Positions 28,241-38,976 are shown, numbered from the stretch's first letter. The stretch is 64,000 bases of DNA from Candidatus Fermentibacteraceae bacterium (GCA_041750285.1 JBGSZS010000018.1:301514-365513), one strand, 5' to 3'. Notes: a model not told the origin generated them from the sequence alone. Numbers and translations: made by a program.

Positions 28241-28900
28241 TCAGGTGGAACGCTCCGACTCGAAGAACCGTGCGATTTCCTCCGGGGAATCGAAGAAATG
28301 GTCGGGGCGGGCCTCTTCCAGCTCCTCCCGGCTTCCGTATCCGTATGTGACTGCCGCCGTTAATGTACCGTTTTGTCTGCCACCCTCCACGTCGTGGCGG
28401 CGGTCGCCCACCATCATCGCATGGCGGGGGTTCAGGGCCCTGGTGGAGAGAATGTGGGCCAGAAGCTCGACCTTGTTGGTAAGCCTGCCGTCGAGATGGC
28501 TTCCGTGCACCCCGAGAAAGTGCCTGGAAAAACCGAAATGGTCGAGCACCCTGGAGGCGAACACCGTTGGCTTGCTTGTGGCAAGCAGCAGTGAACGGCC
28601 CGTCTCCCTGATCCTGCTCATGGCGCTGTCGACTCCCGGGTATGGAACGTTCTCGTAGATGCCTGTGGTCACGTACCGCTCCCTGTAAAACTCCACTGCC
28701 CTTCCGACGAGTTTCCCATCGGTGCTGGAAAGGAGCCGGGAGAAGGATTCCGAAAGGGGCGGGCCGATGCACCACAAGAGGTCGTCTGCATCGGGAACCG
28801 GCTTGCCAAGCCGCTCCAATGCATGCTGAACACACCTGGTTATCCCTTCAGCCGGGGCGGTAAGGGTACCGTCAAGGTCTAAAAGGACATGGGTCGTCAT
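28241..28900 (-). CDS. HAD-superfamily hydrolase
   Basis: DLDGTL, ATSKP, MVGDR..D and YGYG motifs. Confidence 0.92.
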   Translation of the reverse strand: MTTHVLLDLDGTLTAPAEGITRCVQHALERLGKPVPDADDLLWCIGPPLSESFSRLLSSTDGKLVGRAVEFYRERYVTTGIYENVPYPGVDSAMSRIRETGRSLLLATSKPTVFASRVLDHFGFSRHFLGVHGSHLDGRLTNKVELLAHILSTRALNPRHAMMVGDRRHDVEGGRQNGTLTAAVTYGYGSREELEEARPDHFFDSPEEIARFFESERST

Positions 28901-29403
28901 CGGGAGGGGGCACCGCTCTTCCCCGAAGGCTTCACGAACTCCCCGAGCTTTTCGAGAACAGCTGCGGCATGGCCGGCTGCCCTGACGTTCGGCCAGACAT
29001 GGGCGACCCTGCCGTCTGGTGAGATAAGAAAAGTGGAACGGACGGTCCCCATCAGCTCCCGTCCGTACATCCTCTTCATCCGCCACGCCCCGTAGGCTTC
29101 GTGCAGAAGGCGTCCGGGATCACTGAGGAGCGTGATGGAAAGATCCTGCTTCTGTTCAAACCTCTTGTGGGACTCGATGGAATCACGGCTTACCCCCGCA
29201 ATCACGGCCCCGAGCAGGGTAAAGCTTTCCTTGAGCCCCGAGAATTCCCTCGCCTCGAGAGTGCATCCGCCGGTGCCGTCTTTCGGGTAGAAGTAGAGAA
29301 CCAGCCACTTTCCCCCGTAGTCGCGGGGGGAGAACTCCCTTCCGTTCTGGTCCGGCGCGCTCACAGCCGGCGCAATGGCGCCCTTCTCCGGCAGTGTGTC
29401 CAT
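28897..29403 (-). CDS. bcp: Peroxiredoxin, BCP/PrxQ family
   Basis: LYFYPKDGTGGCT.EA, GVSRD and RSTFLI motifs. Confidence 0.9.
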   Translation of the reverse strand: MDTLPEKGAIAPAVSAPDQNGREFSPRDYGGKWLVLYFYPKDGTGGCTLEAREFSGLKESFTLLGAVIAGVSRDSIESHKRFEQKQDLSITLLSDPGRLLHEAYGAWRMKRMYGRELMGTVRSTFLISPDGRVAHVWPNVRAAGHAAAVLEKLGEFVKPSGKSGAPSR

Positions 29404-29452
29404 CAGTGTTCTCCTTTTCGTCCACAGGGCGGACCGGCTCAGGCGGGAGCTT

Positions 29453-29794
29453 TCAAAGCCTGTCCTCATAGATCTGAGCAGCCCTCAGAACGTCCTGTCT
29501 GGGACCCGTCACAACGAGGACCAGTGTATCGGAACTGACTATGCTGGCCCCGGAAGATGTCCGCTGCCCGGCATGGATCTCGTATTCGACAGCGATCCAG
29601 GGGTTTCGCCCATTTTCAACGACATACCTCACGACCAACTCGTCCCATTCGTACCCCCATTCCGAAAAGAACAGGATAACTTCCTCGTGATACGTAAGGG
29701 CCTTGTAAAGGAATGCCGCTGACAGGACCACCCCGATACCGGCGACAAGGGTCGATACTGCCCTCAGAACCGATTTCGCCGGGGATGTTTTCAT
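29453..29794 (-). CDS. Hypothetical membrane-anchored protein
   Basis: GGAGG RBS, one N-terminal TM segment. Confidence 0.6.
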   Translation of the reverse strand: MKTSPAKSVLRAVSTLVAGIGVVLSAAFLYKALTYHEEVILFFSEWGYEWDELVVRYVVENGRNPWIAVEYEIHAGQRTSSGASIVSSDTLVLVVTGPRQDVLRAAQIYEDRL

Positions 29795-29872
29795 GCGAAA
29801 CGCCCTCCCTCAAGGGATACAATAGGCAATTCGAGCCCGGCCACGGTAACGGCGGCCGCAGAGGAATGGGAA

Positions 29873-30703
29873 CTAGAAGCCGAAGAACTTCCCCATGAGC
29901 CTTATCGCCATGTCGCGCCCCAGCAGCTTGAGCGCCCAGTTCGCCTTCCGGGCGTTGCCCCCCACAACGTAACAGAACCGGGGTCTGTCCTTTGAAAGGA
30001 CTCTGGAGATGACCCGTGCAACCTGCTCAGGGGGTATTCCGTGCCTGCTGTCTATCTTCTCCACGACCCTTGCGTAGCGGGTGTCGGTGTATGAATCCCC
30101 CGTTGCGAGGTAGGTGTTACCTGTCTCATTGAAGCCCGTGTTCACATTTCCGGGATGGATGACTGAGACCCGTATCCGCCTGTGTTTCATCTCGATGGCG
30201 AGAGACTCGTAAAATCCCTCAAGTCCGCGCTTTGAGGCAGAGTACATCGACGACATGGGCACCCCCACGCACGCAGCGATGGAGCTCACACCGATGATCG
30301 AGCCGCCGTCGTTGACAAGGGGAAGGAAGTCCCTCACGAGTTTGATGTGGGAGGCCAGGTTCACGTCGAGAACCCTGTCCACGAGCTCATCGGAAAGGTG
30401 CTGGACCGGGTGGGTGCTGTGAACCCCTGCTGTTATCACAAGTCCGTTCAGGCTTCGGCCCTTTTCCGCCATGGCACAAGCCAGACCGGAAACTGAGCTT
30501 CTGTCTGTCATGTCGAGCCTTATGGTTTCCAGCAGCCCTTCTCCATCATTCGGTATGGTCTCCAGAAGAGCTCCGTTGCGGTCGACAGCCAACACCTCCA
30601 GGCCCCTGCTAAGAAGGATCGGAGTCAGGGCCCGGCCTATACCGCTGGCGGCTCCCACGATCATAAGGCTTCTTCCCGGGGCGATATCCCCATTCCCGGT
30701 CAT
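29873..30703 (-). CDS. Short-chain dehydrogenase/reductase
   Basis: GAASGIG, SS, YSASK and PG.V.T motifs. Start uncertain (alternative TTG at 30742). Confidence 0.9.
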   Translation of the reverse strand: MTGNGDIAPGRSLMIVGAASGIGRALTPILLSRGLEVLAVDRNGALLETIPNDGEGLLETIRLDMTDRSSVSGLACAMAEKGRSLNGLVITAGVHSTHPVQHLSDELVDRVLDVNLASHIKLVRDFLPLVNDGGSIIGVSSIAACVGVPMSSMYSASKRGLEGFYESLAIEMKHRRIRVSVIHPGNVNTGFNETGNTYLATGDSYTDTRYARVVEKIDSRHGIPPEQVARVISRVLSKDRPRFCYVVGGNARKANWALKLLGRDMAIRLMGKFFGF

Positions 30704-30851
30704 TGGGGCTGAAGCAGCGGACAATGCCAACCTCCCGTGCAAACGTACCGATTCCCATGAAGGCGGGTTTCCTGCTTATAGTATAAGAATGAAGCCGGTG
30801 TGCTCAAAGCACGAGCCTGCGCCAGGCACCCCATGAAAGGGACGGGGTTCA

Positions 30852-31625
30852 ATGATAACGGTCGATTCCGTAACCAAGCGGTTCAAACCCGGGCTGGTTC
30901 CCGTAAAAAAGGCCGGGAAATGCGGGGATCATCTGACTGCGGTGGACAACGTGTCATTCGTCTGCAGGCCGGGACGGGTCTTCTCTCTCCTGGGTCCCAA
31001 CGGCGCCGGCAAGACGACTTTGCTCAGGATGATAGCGACAATGCTGAAACCGAGCTCCGGAAGGATCACGGTCAGCGGCCGTGACACCGTGAAGGAGCAG
31101 GAGGATGTCAGAAGGAGGATCGGCTTCCTTACGGGAACCACCGGCCTTTACGCAAGGCTTACCCCGAACGAGATCATCTCCTACTACGGTGAGCTTCACG
31201 GCATCGGCAGGAGGGAGCTCGAAAAAAGAAGGGAAGAGCTGTTCTTCACCCTGGGCATGGAAGGGTTTGCCAATCGCCGGACAGGCAGCCTGTCATCCGG
31301 GATGAGACAGAAGGTTTCCATTGCGAGAACGATGATACACGACCCCGAAGTGCTTGTCTTCGATGAGCCGACGGTGGGGCTCGATGTCGTAACGTCCAAA
31401 GCCATCATGACTCTGATCAGGGGATGCCGGGACCGGGGAAGAACGGTGGTGTTCTCCACCCACGTCATGGGAGAGGTGAGCCTTCTCAGCGATGATCTGG
31501 CAGTTATTCACAGGGGCAGGCTGCTCTTCTGTGACACCTTCGGCAGGTTCACCGAGGGGATGAGATCCAGGACCATCGAGGACGAGTTCATAGGAATGAT
31601 CGAAGCGGCGGAGGCGCAGGCATGA
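30852..31625 (+). CDS. ABC transporter ATP-binding subunit (NatA-like)
   Basis: GPNGAGKTT, LSSGMRQK, FDEPT and STH motifs. Confidence 0.93.
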   Translation: MITVDSVTKRFKPGLVPVKKAGKCGDHLTAVDNVSFVCRPGRVFSLLGPNGAGKTTLLRMIATMLKPSSGRITVSGRDTVKEQEDVRRRIGFLTGTTGLYARLTPNEIISYYGELHGIGRRELEKRREELFFTLGMEGFANRRTGSLSSGMRQKVSIARTMIHDPEVLVFDEPTVGLDVVTSKAIMTLIRGCRDRGRTVVFSTHVMGEVSLLSDDLAVIHRGRLLFCDTFGRFTEGMRSRTIEDEFIGMIEAAEAQA

Positions 31626-32821
31626 GGATGATCTCGATTATCTTCAGGAAGGAAATGAAGGACATGCTCCGGGACAGAAGGACCATGTTCTTCATGGTGT
31701 TCATGCCCTTCATCGCCATCTTCCTGGTTTTCAACCTGACGATGCGCATGGGCATGGAAATGGAAAGCAGGGCCAGGGAGAAAGTCATGCGGGTGGCAGT
31801 GATATCCCGGTCGCCCGTACCCGGGTTCATGAGCCTTCTCGAGGGGTCGGGAGAGGTCGAGGTGGCTGAAGCCATCGCGGACAGCGGTGTCACCCCGGCT
31901 CTCGAATCGGGTGAGGTGGACTTCGTGGTGAGATTCACGAACGATTTTGAAAGCATCATGGCCCGCGAAGGTACGGGATCAGTGGATCTCTACTACATGG
32001 GATCGGTATCGGAGAACGAGGGGGCGCTTCCACGTATCAGGGCGATCATTGAAGGGTATGGTGAATCGCTTCTCCAGCAGCGTCTCGTTAACCGGGGGCT
32101 GGCGTCGGATTTCGCAATGCCATTGAGCATAACTGAAAAGGATGTTTCCTCGGCCCGGGCCAGGATCGGGGAGAGCCTTGGCGGAATGATCCCCTACTTC
32201 ATCATCCTCTTCTGTTTCCTGGGAGCCATGTATCCGGCCATCGACCTTGCAGCGGGCGAAAAGGAGAGGGGAACGATCGAAACCCTGCTCATTTCGCCGG
32301 CTTCCCGGGGGCAGATCGTCGTTGCGAAATGGCTTGTTGTAACTCTGTCGGGCGTGTTCACCGCGGCGGCTTCTTTCACATGGCTCTTTCTGGTTCTCAG
32401 ATACGGCAGCCCGGTGCCGGGGGAGATGGTCGCCGGCGTGATGAACATCATCGAACCCGGAAGCATGCTGCTCTTCCTGGCCATGCTCATCCCCCTGTGT
32501 GCCTTCTTCGGGGCTCTGCTACTCTCGGTCTCCATTTTCGCCAGGACCTACAAGGAAGCCCAGAGCATTATCGCACCCCTGAACTTCATCGTGCTGATCC
32601 CGCTTCTCATCGGCATCTTTCCAGGGGTTGGGCTCAACTGGGCCACCGCGCTGATCCCGCTTCTTAACATCTCGCTGGCAACCAAAGAGATAATAGCGGG
32701 AACGATCAACCCGTTCCACCTCTTGGAGGTGTTTTCGGTGCTGCTCGCCATGGCTGTGGCTGGCCTGTTCTTCTGCACCCGCTGGTTCAGGAGGGAGGAG
32801 GTCATCTTCCGGGGGGCCTAG
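31622..32821 (+). CDS. ABC-2 permease (NatB-like Na+ efflux)
   Basis: KE..D.LRD.RT, AGEKERGT.ETLL..P and AR..KEAQ motifs. Confidence 0.9.
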   Translation: MRMISIIFRKEMKDMLRDRRTMFFMVFMPFIAIFLVFNLTMRMGMEMESRAREKVMRVAVISRSPVPGFMSLLEGSGEVEVAEAIADSGVTPALESGEVDFVVRFTNDFESIMAREGTGSVDLYYMGSVSENEGALPRIRAIIEGYGESLLQQRLVNRGLASDFAMPLSITEKDVSSARARIGESLGGMIPYFIILFCFLGAMYPAIDLAAGEKERGTIETLLISPASRGQIVVAKWLVVTLSGVFTAAASFTWLFLVLRYGSPVPGEMVAGVMNIIEPGSMLLFLAMLIPLCAFFGALLLSVSIFARTYKEAQSIIAPLNFIVLIPLLIGIFPGVGLNWATALIPLLNISLATKEIIAGTINPFHLLEVFSVLLAMAVAGLFFCTRWFRREEVIFRGA

Positions 32822-32853
32822 ACGATCCCTCCTCCTTTGACCGGTTCGTCCGA

Positions 32854-34176
32854 TCAGCTCCTTCTGGAGCCCGGCCTTCCTCCGAAGCGTGGCTTTCTTC
32901 TGTCGTCACTGCCCCGGGTGCCTCTTGAGGTGTTCCGTCCGAAGTTCACGGGCGCCGGCTGGCAGGACCTGAAAGCTTCGTCAGAGTGGAACGCGTGGTT
33001 CATCTCCGCGGGAACGGGCTTGCCCAGAAGCTTTTCGATCTGAGTAAGGCATTCCCTCTCCTCGGCGCAGCAGAATGATATCGCATCGCCCGACGCTCCC
33101 GCCCTGGCGGTTCGGCCTATCCGGTGTATGTAGGTCTCAGCCTCGATTGGAAGGTCGTAGTTGATCACATGGGTGATGTTGTCTACATCAAGCCCACGGG
33201 CGGCGACATCGGTCGCAACCAGGACCTGAAAGCGGTTCCCCTTGAACCCGGAAAGGGCGCTGGTCCTCGCAGACTGGCTCTTGTTCCCGTGGATCGCGAT
33301 GCCGCTTATTCCGGTTGCCTGGAGCTTCTTGACCACCTTGTTCGCGGTGTGCTTCATCTGGGTGAAGATGAGCGCCTTGCCGACCTGGGGGTTGTTGAGA
33401 AGCGATACGAGAAGGGCGTCCTTGTCTCCTTTGCCAACGAAGAGAACCTTCTGGTCGATGCTTTCCACGGTGGGTTTTCCGGGTTCGATGGAAACCCTCT
33501 GCGGATCCCGGACCATGGTCCGGGCAAGCTCCTCCATCACCGGTGACATGGTGGCCGAGAAGAAAAGGGTCTGACGGCGCTCGGGAATACGGGCAAGCAC
33601 CTTCCTTATGTCGGGTATGAACCCCATGTCAAGCATTCTGTCGACTTCGTCGAGCACGAAGACCTCCACCTTCTCCAGGTGGATGATTCCCTGTTCCATG
33701 AGGTCGAGAAGCCTGCCGGGGGTTGCCACCAGTATGTCGACACCACGTTTCAATGCCTTCTCCTGGGGCAACTGGCTGACGCCGCCGAACACAACGGTAT
33801 GGTGCAGGCGTAGAAAACTGCCGTATGCGCTTATGCTTGCGCCGATCTGGGCGGCAAGCTCACGCGTGGGAGCGAGTATGAGCGCTCTGGGAGTGCCGGG
33901 CCACGGCCTGGTCGTGTTCCGCGACAGCTTCTGAAGAAGGGGAAGCACGAACGCCGCTGTTTTCCCCGTGCCGGTCTGAGCCGTCCCCAGAAGGTCACGT
34001 CCGTCGAGCAGGTGCGGGATGCACTGCTCCTGGATGGGAGTGGGTGTTTCGTAACCCTCAGCCGCCAAAGCCTTTTGAAGCTCGGGCATGAGGGCCTCGA
34101 ATGCGTTGTGGGAATGCGGCATGGAATCCGTGGATCCCTCGGTGCGCTTTGAGGGCGCGCAGGTATGTTCTTTCAT
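32854..34176 (-). CDS. rhlE: DEAD-box RNA helicase (RhlE-like)
   Basis: PTPIQ, AQTGTGKT, PTRELA, DEVD, SAT, ARGLD and HRIGRTAR motifs. Confidence 0.9.
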   Translation of the reverse strand: MKEHTCAPSKRTEGSTDSMPHSHNAFEALMPELQKALAAEGYETPTPIQEQCIPHLLDGRDLLGTAQTGTGKTAAFVLPLLQKLSRNTTRPWPGTPRALILAPTRELAAQIGASISAYGSFLRLHHTVVFGGVSQLPQEKALKRGVDILVATPGRLLDLMEQGIIHLEKVEVFVLDEVDRMLDMGFIPDIRKVLARIPERRQTLFFSATMSPVMEELARTMVRDPQRVSIEPGKPTVESIDQKVLFVGKGDKDALLVSLLNNPQVGKALIFTQMKHTANKVVKKLQATGISGIAIHGNKSQSARTSALSGFKGNRFQVLVATDVAARGLDVDNITHVINYDLPIEAETYIHRIGRTARAGASGDAISFCCAEERECLTQIEKLLGKPVPAEMNHAFHSDEAFRSCQPAPVNFGRNTSRGTRGSDDRRKPRFGGRPGSRRS

Positions 34177-34397
34177 GATACTTTCCTGGTCCGGCGCTTA
34201 ATACGATCTCTACCCGCCGGACGCGTGGGAAAGAAAGGACCGCAACTTTTGCGGTATTGAGTGAAGGGGGTTTACAAAAACCTTGTTTCCCCCGGTTTGA
34301 AGCGTATCATACACAACGGGAAGCGAATATGCAAATCACTCGCAGCGGGTCATGCGAATCAGAGTCAGTGAGAGTGGGTGCTGATGTGAATTGCTGG

Positions 34398-34823
34398 ATG
34401 GTTCCGGACACGGCAGACCGGTTGACCGTTCCCATCGTTATGGCTTGCGGTCTGCTCTTCTCGCCGTCATGCTCATCGGGGGAAAGCGTACTTGTTTCCC
34501 CCTCGGGAGAGTACGTTGCATTCCTCTCGATCCAGTCTCTTCCCGAAGGATACGGTGTCTGGGTCGTCAATGTAACCGGCGGTGAAGACAGGGTCCTTCT
34601 GGCTGAAGTAATGCCCGACCACCCCGCCTCGCTCATGGCGTACCTGGCCTGGGACGACGACGACAGGTTGTGGTGGTACGGCAGTGATGACGGCAGTGTA
34701 TTTTACTGGGTCCGGTCCGGAACGGCATGGACACGCTGCACATACTCCTCCGGCGGCGATGAAGGGCCTGTTCCCCCGCCCAGCCTGTTCACGTGCGGGA
34801 ACAGGACCCGGTCAGGGAGGTAG
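34398..34823 (+). CDS. Hypothetical exported protein or lipoprotein
   Basis: Hydrophobic stretch ending in Cys, SP.G.Y, W...D.LW....D.G. Start uncertain. Confidence 0.5.
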   Translation: MVPDTADRLTVPIVMACGLLFSPSCSSGESVLVSPSGEYVAFLSIQSLPEGYGVWVVNVTGGEDRVLLAEVMPDHPASLMAYLAWDDDDRLWWYGSDDGSVFYWVRSGTAWTRCTYSSGGDEGPVPPPSLFTCGNRTRSGR

Positions 34824-34860
34824 AGTTTCGGGCTTGTTCCATTCAGAAGGAGTGATCGAT

Positions 34861-35622
34861 ATGAAACGGCTTATCTCGACGGCGATCCTGGTTCTTCTTG
34901 TTTCAGGCTGCTCCGATTCACCCGGCGCCCCGGCTGGAACCCTCCCTGTCGTTCAGAACTGCAGGATTGTAACCGGGGCGTGCAGGGGTGACACCGTAAC
35001 CGTGGCTTGGGATCCCGTCTCAGTGGAGGTGGATGGCTACAGGGTCTGGTATTCGACAACGAACCCGGGGAACTGGCAGATCATTGCCCAGGTGGAAGCG
35101 ACCACGGCTGTGCACATCGCCTCGAGCACCGGCTACTACTGCGTGGATGCCATTGACGGCATCAATTCTTCAGAGGACCAGTCAAACAAGGCCGACGACA
35201 GGGCGGAGATGTTCGCGCTCGACGATACTCTCCACGCTTCGGGGAACAACGGAATACGGTTCCTTCCAACCCATGTGGCTTTCGGTGACGCGAGTGACCC
35301 GTCGTTCAGGCAGGACCTGTATGTGAGGTGGGAAGGTGACACCGCCCTGTTCTGCCGCGGCAACTACGATCCCGAGGGTTACCCCGGCGGCACCTACAGC
35401 CATGTCGCCCTGGCTTCCAACACCCTTGCCCCCGGTCCCGGTGATTCGGCCTGGCAAAGCACCATCGCCGCCCAGAGCGGAGCCTCCTACTTCGTCTCCC
35501 TTGAGAGTGGTGATTACGCAATGCTGAGCGTTGATTCCGTAAGTTCAGACATGGTTCTGCTGGGTTTCAGCCAGTATCAGACCATTGCAGGACTCAGGCT
35601 CTTCAACCCTTTCCTTTTCTGA
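34861..35622 (+). CDS. Lipoprotein with FN3-like domain
   Basis: Lipobox VSGC; V.WDPV...DGY.V.Y. Confidence 0.8.
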   Translation: MKRLISTAILVLLVSGCSDSPGAPAGTLPVVQNCRIVTGACRGDTVTVAWDPVSVEVDGYRVWYSTTNPGNWQIIAQVEATTAVHIASSTGYYCVDAIDGINSSEDQSNKADDRAEMFALDDTLHASGNNGIRFLPTHVAFGDASDPSFRQDLYVRWEGDTALFCRGNYDPEGYPGGTYSHVALASNTLAPGPGDSAWQSTIAAQSGASYFVSLESGDYAMLSVDSVSSDMVLLGFSQYQTIAGLRLFNPFLF

Positions 35623-35662
35623 GAAACTCCGGGAAGTTCATCAGAAAAACGATTGGTGCCAT

Positions 35663-36472
35663 ATGACAAGGGACTACGAGGCGGAGAGGATCAACCGTGC
35701 CTGCTGGGACGAGATGGCGCCTGTCCATGACCGGTCCTACGACATGTCGGCGCTCCTCGCGGGGGGGCACAGGCTTGACCATGTGCAGGTCGGCGAGATA
35801 GGCGATTTGCGAGGAAAGAGGGTGCTTCACCTTCAATGCCACATAGGGACCGACACGCTCTCACTCGCAAGGCTGGGGGCGGATGTCACGGGCGTGGACT
35901 TCTCGGCCGGGTCACTGGAGGCCGCGGTGGAACTTTCGAGAAAGACGGGGCTTGAAGCCCGGTTCATCCTTTCCCCGATCTACGACCTGCGTGATCATCT
36001 CACCGAGAAGTTCGACCTGGTATATACCTCCATCGGCGTTCTTTGCTGGAACTCCGACATCAACCTGTGGGCCGGCATCGTGGCCGATTTCCTCAAGCCG
36101 GGGGGAAAGTTCTACCTGATGGAGTCACACCCCTTCCTGAACGTATTCGACGACGAAGCAAGCTCGCTCGTTGTTTCCAACCCCTATTTCACGGGGGGAA
36201 AACCCAGGGACTGGCCCGGGGGGTCTCCGGACTACGCCGACGAAAGCTACATTGTCAGGAACTCGACGAGAGAATTCACCTGGACGTTGGGGAACGTGCA
36301 CAACGCACTCGTCGATGCCGGGCTTCGGATCGAGTGGATACACGAATTCGACTTCCTGCACTGGAAGGCCCTAGAGTGCATGGAGCCCTGCGGGGACGGC
36401 TTCTGGCGCCTGCCTGAGCCCCTGAACATGATACCGCTTCTCTTCAGCCTCATGGCGGAAAAGCCCGGGTGA
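35663..36472 (+). CDS. Class I SAM-dependent methyltransferase
   Basis: LHLQCHIG.D, GVDFS, FDLVYTS.G and LKPGG motifs. Confidence 0.9.
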   Translation: MTRDYEAERINRACWDEMAPVHDRSYDMSALLAGGHRLDHVQVGEIGDLRGKRVLHLQCHIGTDTLSLARLGADVTGVDFSAGSLEAAVELSRKTGLEARFILSPIYDLRDHLTEKFDLVYTSIGVLCWNSDINLWAGIVADFLKPGGKFYLMESHPFLNVFDDEASSLVVSNPYFTGGKPRDWPGGSPDYADESYIVRNSTREFTWTLGNVHNALVDAGLRIEWIHEFDFLHWKALECMEPCGDGFWRLPEPLNMIPLLFSLMAEKPG

Positions 36473-36671
36473 CGCCCCCCCTCCTGTTCCCCGGGATGGC
36501 GGCTTCCGGGAAAGGGTGGCTTGCCCGTCCGTGTGACAGCGACGCCGTGTCAGAACCCTGACTGAAGCTGTCACGTCTTTCTGCGACAGGCATGTCCCGG
36601 CATATTCAGTGTGTTTTCACTGGTGCGGTGTCGGGCGCCCGCACCAGGTTCTTCCGGGCGGGAGAAGTACA

Positions 36672-37589
36672 TTGTTCCATCTGTTCATGGCCGTTCTATG
36701 CAGTTCTTCAGTCGCCGTTCTTCTTCGTGTTTCCGGACGTCTTGGTCTCAGGAAACTTGAAGTCATCGCGGTGAACTACCTCACCGCAGTCGTGGTATCA
36801 CTTCTTATCCAGGGCGGGAGCATCGGGACCTCCTTCGGGACCGTTGATGCACTGGCAAGGCATTTCGTCCGCGGTGGCGGTCCGATCCCTGCCCACCACG
36901 GTGGGGTTCTCTGGGGCATCGCCGCCGGAATTCCTCTGGGGGTCGTTTACTTCATGGCGTTCATGGTTTACAGGAAGGCTCTTCGTGAGAACGGCCTCGG
37001 GCTGTCCGGCGGATTCGCAAAAATGGGAATTCTCATGCCCATGGCGCTTTCGATGCTCATATGGGGAGAGCTCCCGGGGACGATTCAGTGGGCCGGCATT
37101 GCCCTTGCAGTTGCCGCCGTTTTCATCGGGGCGTTCAGGGGCGCCCGGGAGGGAACCGGCAGGTTCACGCCGGTGCTCTTTCTTCTGTTTGCTGCGAACG
37201 GCATGGCCGAGTTCGGAAGCAAGGTGTACCAGCGCCTTGGGGGTGTGGAGGATCGTGATTTCTTCCTTCTCTGGGTCTTTGGGGTCGCTTTCCTCTGCTC
37301 GGTTCTCTGCATCGTCAAGATGGGCGGGAAGGATCCGGAGAGAAGTGGGTTCAGACCTTTGTCAGCCGCGCTGGGTGTCCCGCTCGGGCTTGTCAACTAC
37401 TTCAGCTCATGGTTCCTCATCCCCGCTCTTGGTGAACTCAACTCCTCCGTTGTATTCTCTGTCTTCGGCGCGGGAACGGTCGCCCTTCTTTCAGTGACTG
37501 GCGTCGCGGCATTCGGTGAACGGCTGGATGGACGGCGGTGGGCTTCACTCGCCATGGTGACCGCCTCCCTTGTGCTGGTGAACATGTGA
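36672..37589 (+). CDS. DMT/EamA-like transporter
   Basis: About 10 TM segments in two repeats, W.E and FGE motifs; TTG start after GGAG. Confidence 0.8.
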   Translation: MFHLFMAVLCSSSVAVLLRVSGRLGLRKLEVIAVNYLTAVVVSLLIQGGSIGTSFGTVDALARHFVRGGGPIPAHHGGVLWGIAAGIPLGVVYFMAFMVYRKALRENGLGLSGGFAKMGILMPMALSMLIWGELPGTIQWAGIALAVAAVFIGAFRGAREGTGRFTPVLFLLFAANGMAEFGSKVYQRLGGVEDRDFFLLWVFGVAFLCSVLCIVKMGGKDPERSGFRPLSAALGVPLGLVNYFSSWFLIPALGELNSSVVFSVFGAGTVALLSVTGVAAFGERLDGRRWASLAMVTASLVLVNM

Positions 37590-37602
37590 GGCTGAGGTTT
37601 TC

Positions 37603-38976
37603 TTGAGCAGAACTCCGGGATTTCTGGGAACCGAGCCGGTGGGCAGGCTTCTTTTCAGGATGTCTGCCCCATCGGTTACGGCGATGCTGGTGAATTCCCT
37701 TTACAACCTTGTCGACACGATCTTCGTGGGACACGGCGTGGGCACCGACGCCCTGGCGGCACTGGCGGTCTGTTTCCCCATTCAGATGTTCATCCTGGCC
37801 GCCGCGCAGACCGCAGGAATAGGCAGTGCTTCGGTCATCAGCAGGGCTCTCGGGGCGGGTAATGTTGAACGGGCGGGAAGGGCGGCCAGTTCTTCCTTTC
37901 TGCTCGCCTCGGTGTCCGCGGTAGTGGTCTGCACCGCGGGGCTTCTTTTCATGAAGCCCATCCTGAGCCTCTTCGGAGCAAGCGGGGCTGTCCTTGCACC
38001 GGCTTCCGAGTACATGTCGGTCATCTACTTCGGCGGGGTTTTCTTCGCTCTCTCCGTCAACGGTAACAACCTTCTCAGGGCCGAAGGGAAGGCAAGGCTG
38101 GCCATGACCACCATGGTTGTCGGCGCAGTTTCGAACATGCTCCTCGACCCTCTTTTCATATTCGGCTTCGGATGGGGCATCAGGGGAGCGGCCATAGCGA
38201 CGGTGCTATCGCAATTCATCTCATTCAGCTACATATCCAGCGTCTTTCTGAGGGGAAAGAGCGCTCTGGTCATCAGGAAGGTCTGGATGGTGCCCAGGCT
38301 GTCCGAAGCGCTCGAGGTCCTGTCAGTGGGTGTGGCTTCGTTTGCCAGGGTGTGTGCCGGAAGCCTGATGGCGATCGCCGTGAACCGCTCCATTGTGCAC
38401 TACGGTTCATCCCTTGAACTGGCGGTCTTCGGAGTGGTGAACAGGATCCTGATGATGTGCTTCATGCCGGTGTTCGGCCTGGCCCAGGGTCTGCAGCCGG
38501 TTCTTGGCTACAACTATGGCGCGGGGCTCGGAAAAAGGGCCGTCCGTGCGGTAAAACTAGCTGTCCTTTCCGCTTCCGCACTGACCGCTGTCGCCTTCTT
38601 CCTCGGGGTCATTATTCCCGGGCAGGTACTCTCGGTCTTCAGCAGCGATGACAAACTGCTGGCAGCAGGCCCTTCGATTTTCAGAACGATAACCGCCGGG
38701 ATGTTCTTCGTGGGTGCCCAGGTGGTCGGGGCATCGGTGTTCCAGACCCTGGGCAGGGCCGGTATGGCGTTCCTGCTGTCCATATCAAGGCAGGTTCTCT
38801 TCGTGATCCCTCTGGTGCTTCTGCTCCCCGGTGTCACGAACCCACCACTTCTGGGCGTCTGGTCGGCTCTTCCCCTGGCAGATTTCCTCTCATTCCTTGT
38901 AACCGGCTCCTTCCTCCTGCGGGAGATGAGAAAATTGAGGGGTGCTTCTTCTGAGAGTCCTGATCTCGGTCAGTAA
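37603..38976 (+). CDS. MATE-family efflux transporter (MepA-like)
   Basis: LYNLVDTIFVG, LRAEG, N..LDP.FIF and G.QP.LGYNYGA motifs. Confidence 0.93.
   Translation: MSRTPGFLGTEPVGRLLFRMSAPSVTAMLVNSLYNLVDTIFVGHGVGTDALAALAVCFPIQMFILAAAQTAGIGSASVISRALGAGNVERAGRAASSSFLLASVSAVVVCTAGLLFMKPILSLFGASGAVLAPASEYMSVIYFGGVFFALSVNGNNLLRAEGKARLAMTTMVVGAVSNMLLDPLFIFGFGWGIRGAAIATVLSQFISFSYISSVFLRGKSALVIRKVWMVPRLSEALEVLSVGVASFARVCAGSLMAIAVNRSIVHYGSSLELAVFGVVNRILMMCFMPVFGLAQGLQPVLGYNYGAGLGKRAVRAVKLAVLSASALTAVAFFLGVIIPGQVLSVFSSDDKLLAAGPSIFRTITAGMFFVGAQVVGASVFQTLGRAGMAFLLSISRQVLFVIPLVLLLPGVTNPPLLGVWSALPLADFLSFLVTGSFLLREMRKLRGASSESPDLGQ

Noticed and set aside
34177-34397. Possible ncRNA between rhlE and the next gene
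   Set aside because: It shows only short hairpins consistent with a 5' UTR and matches no family I recognise.
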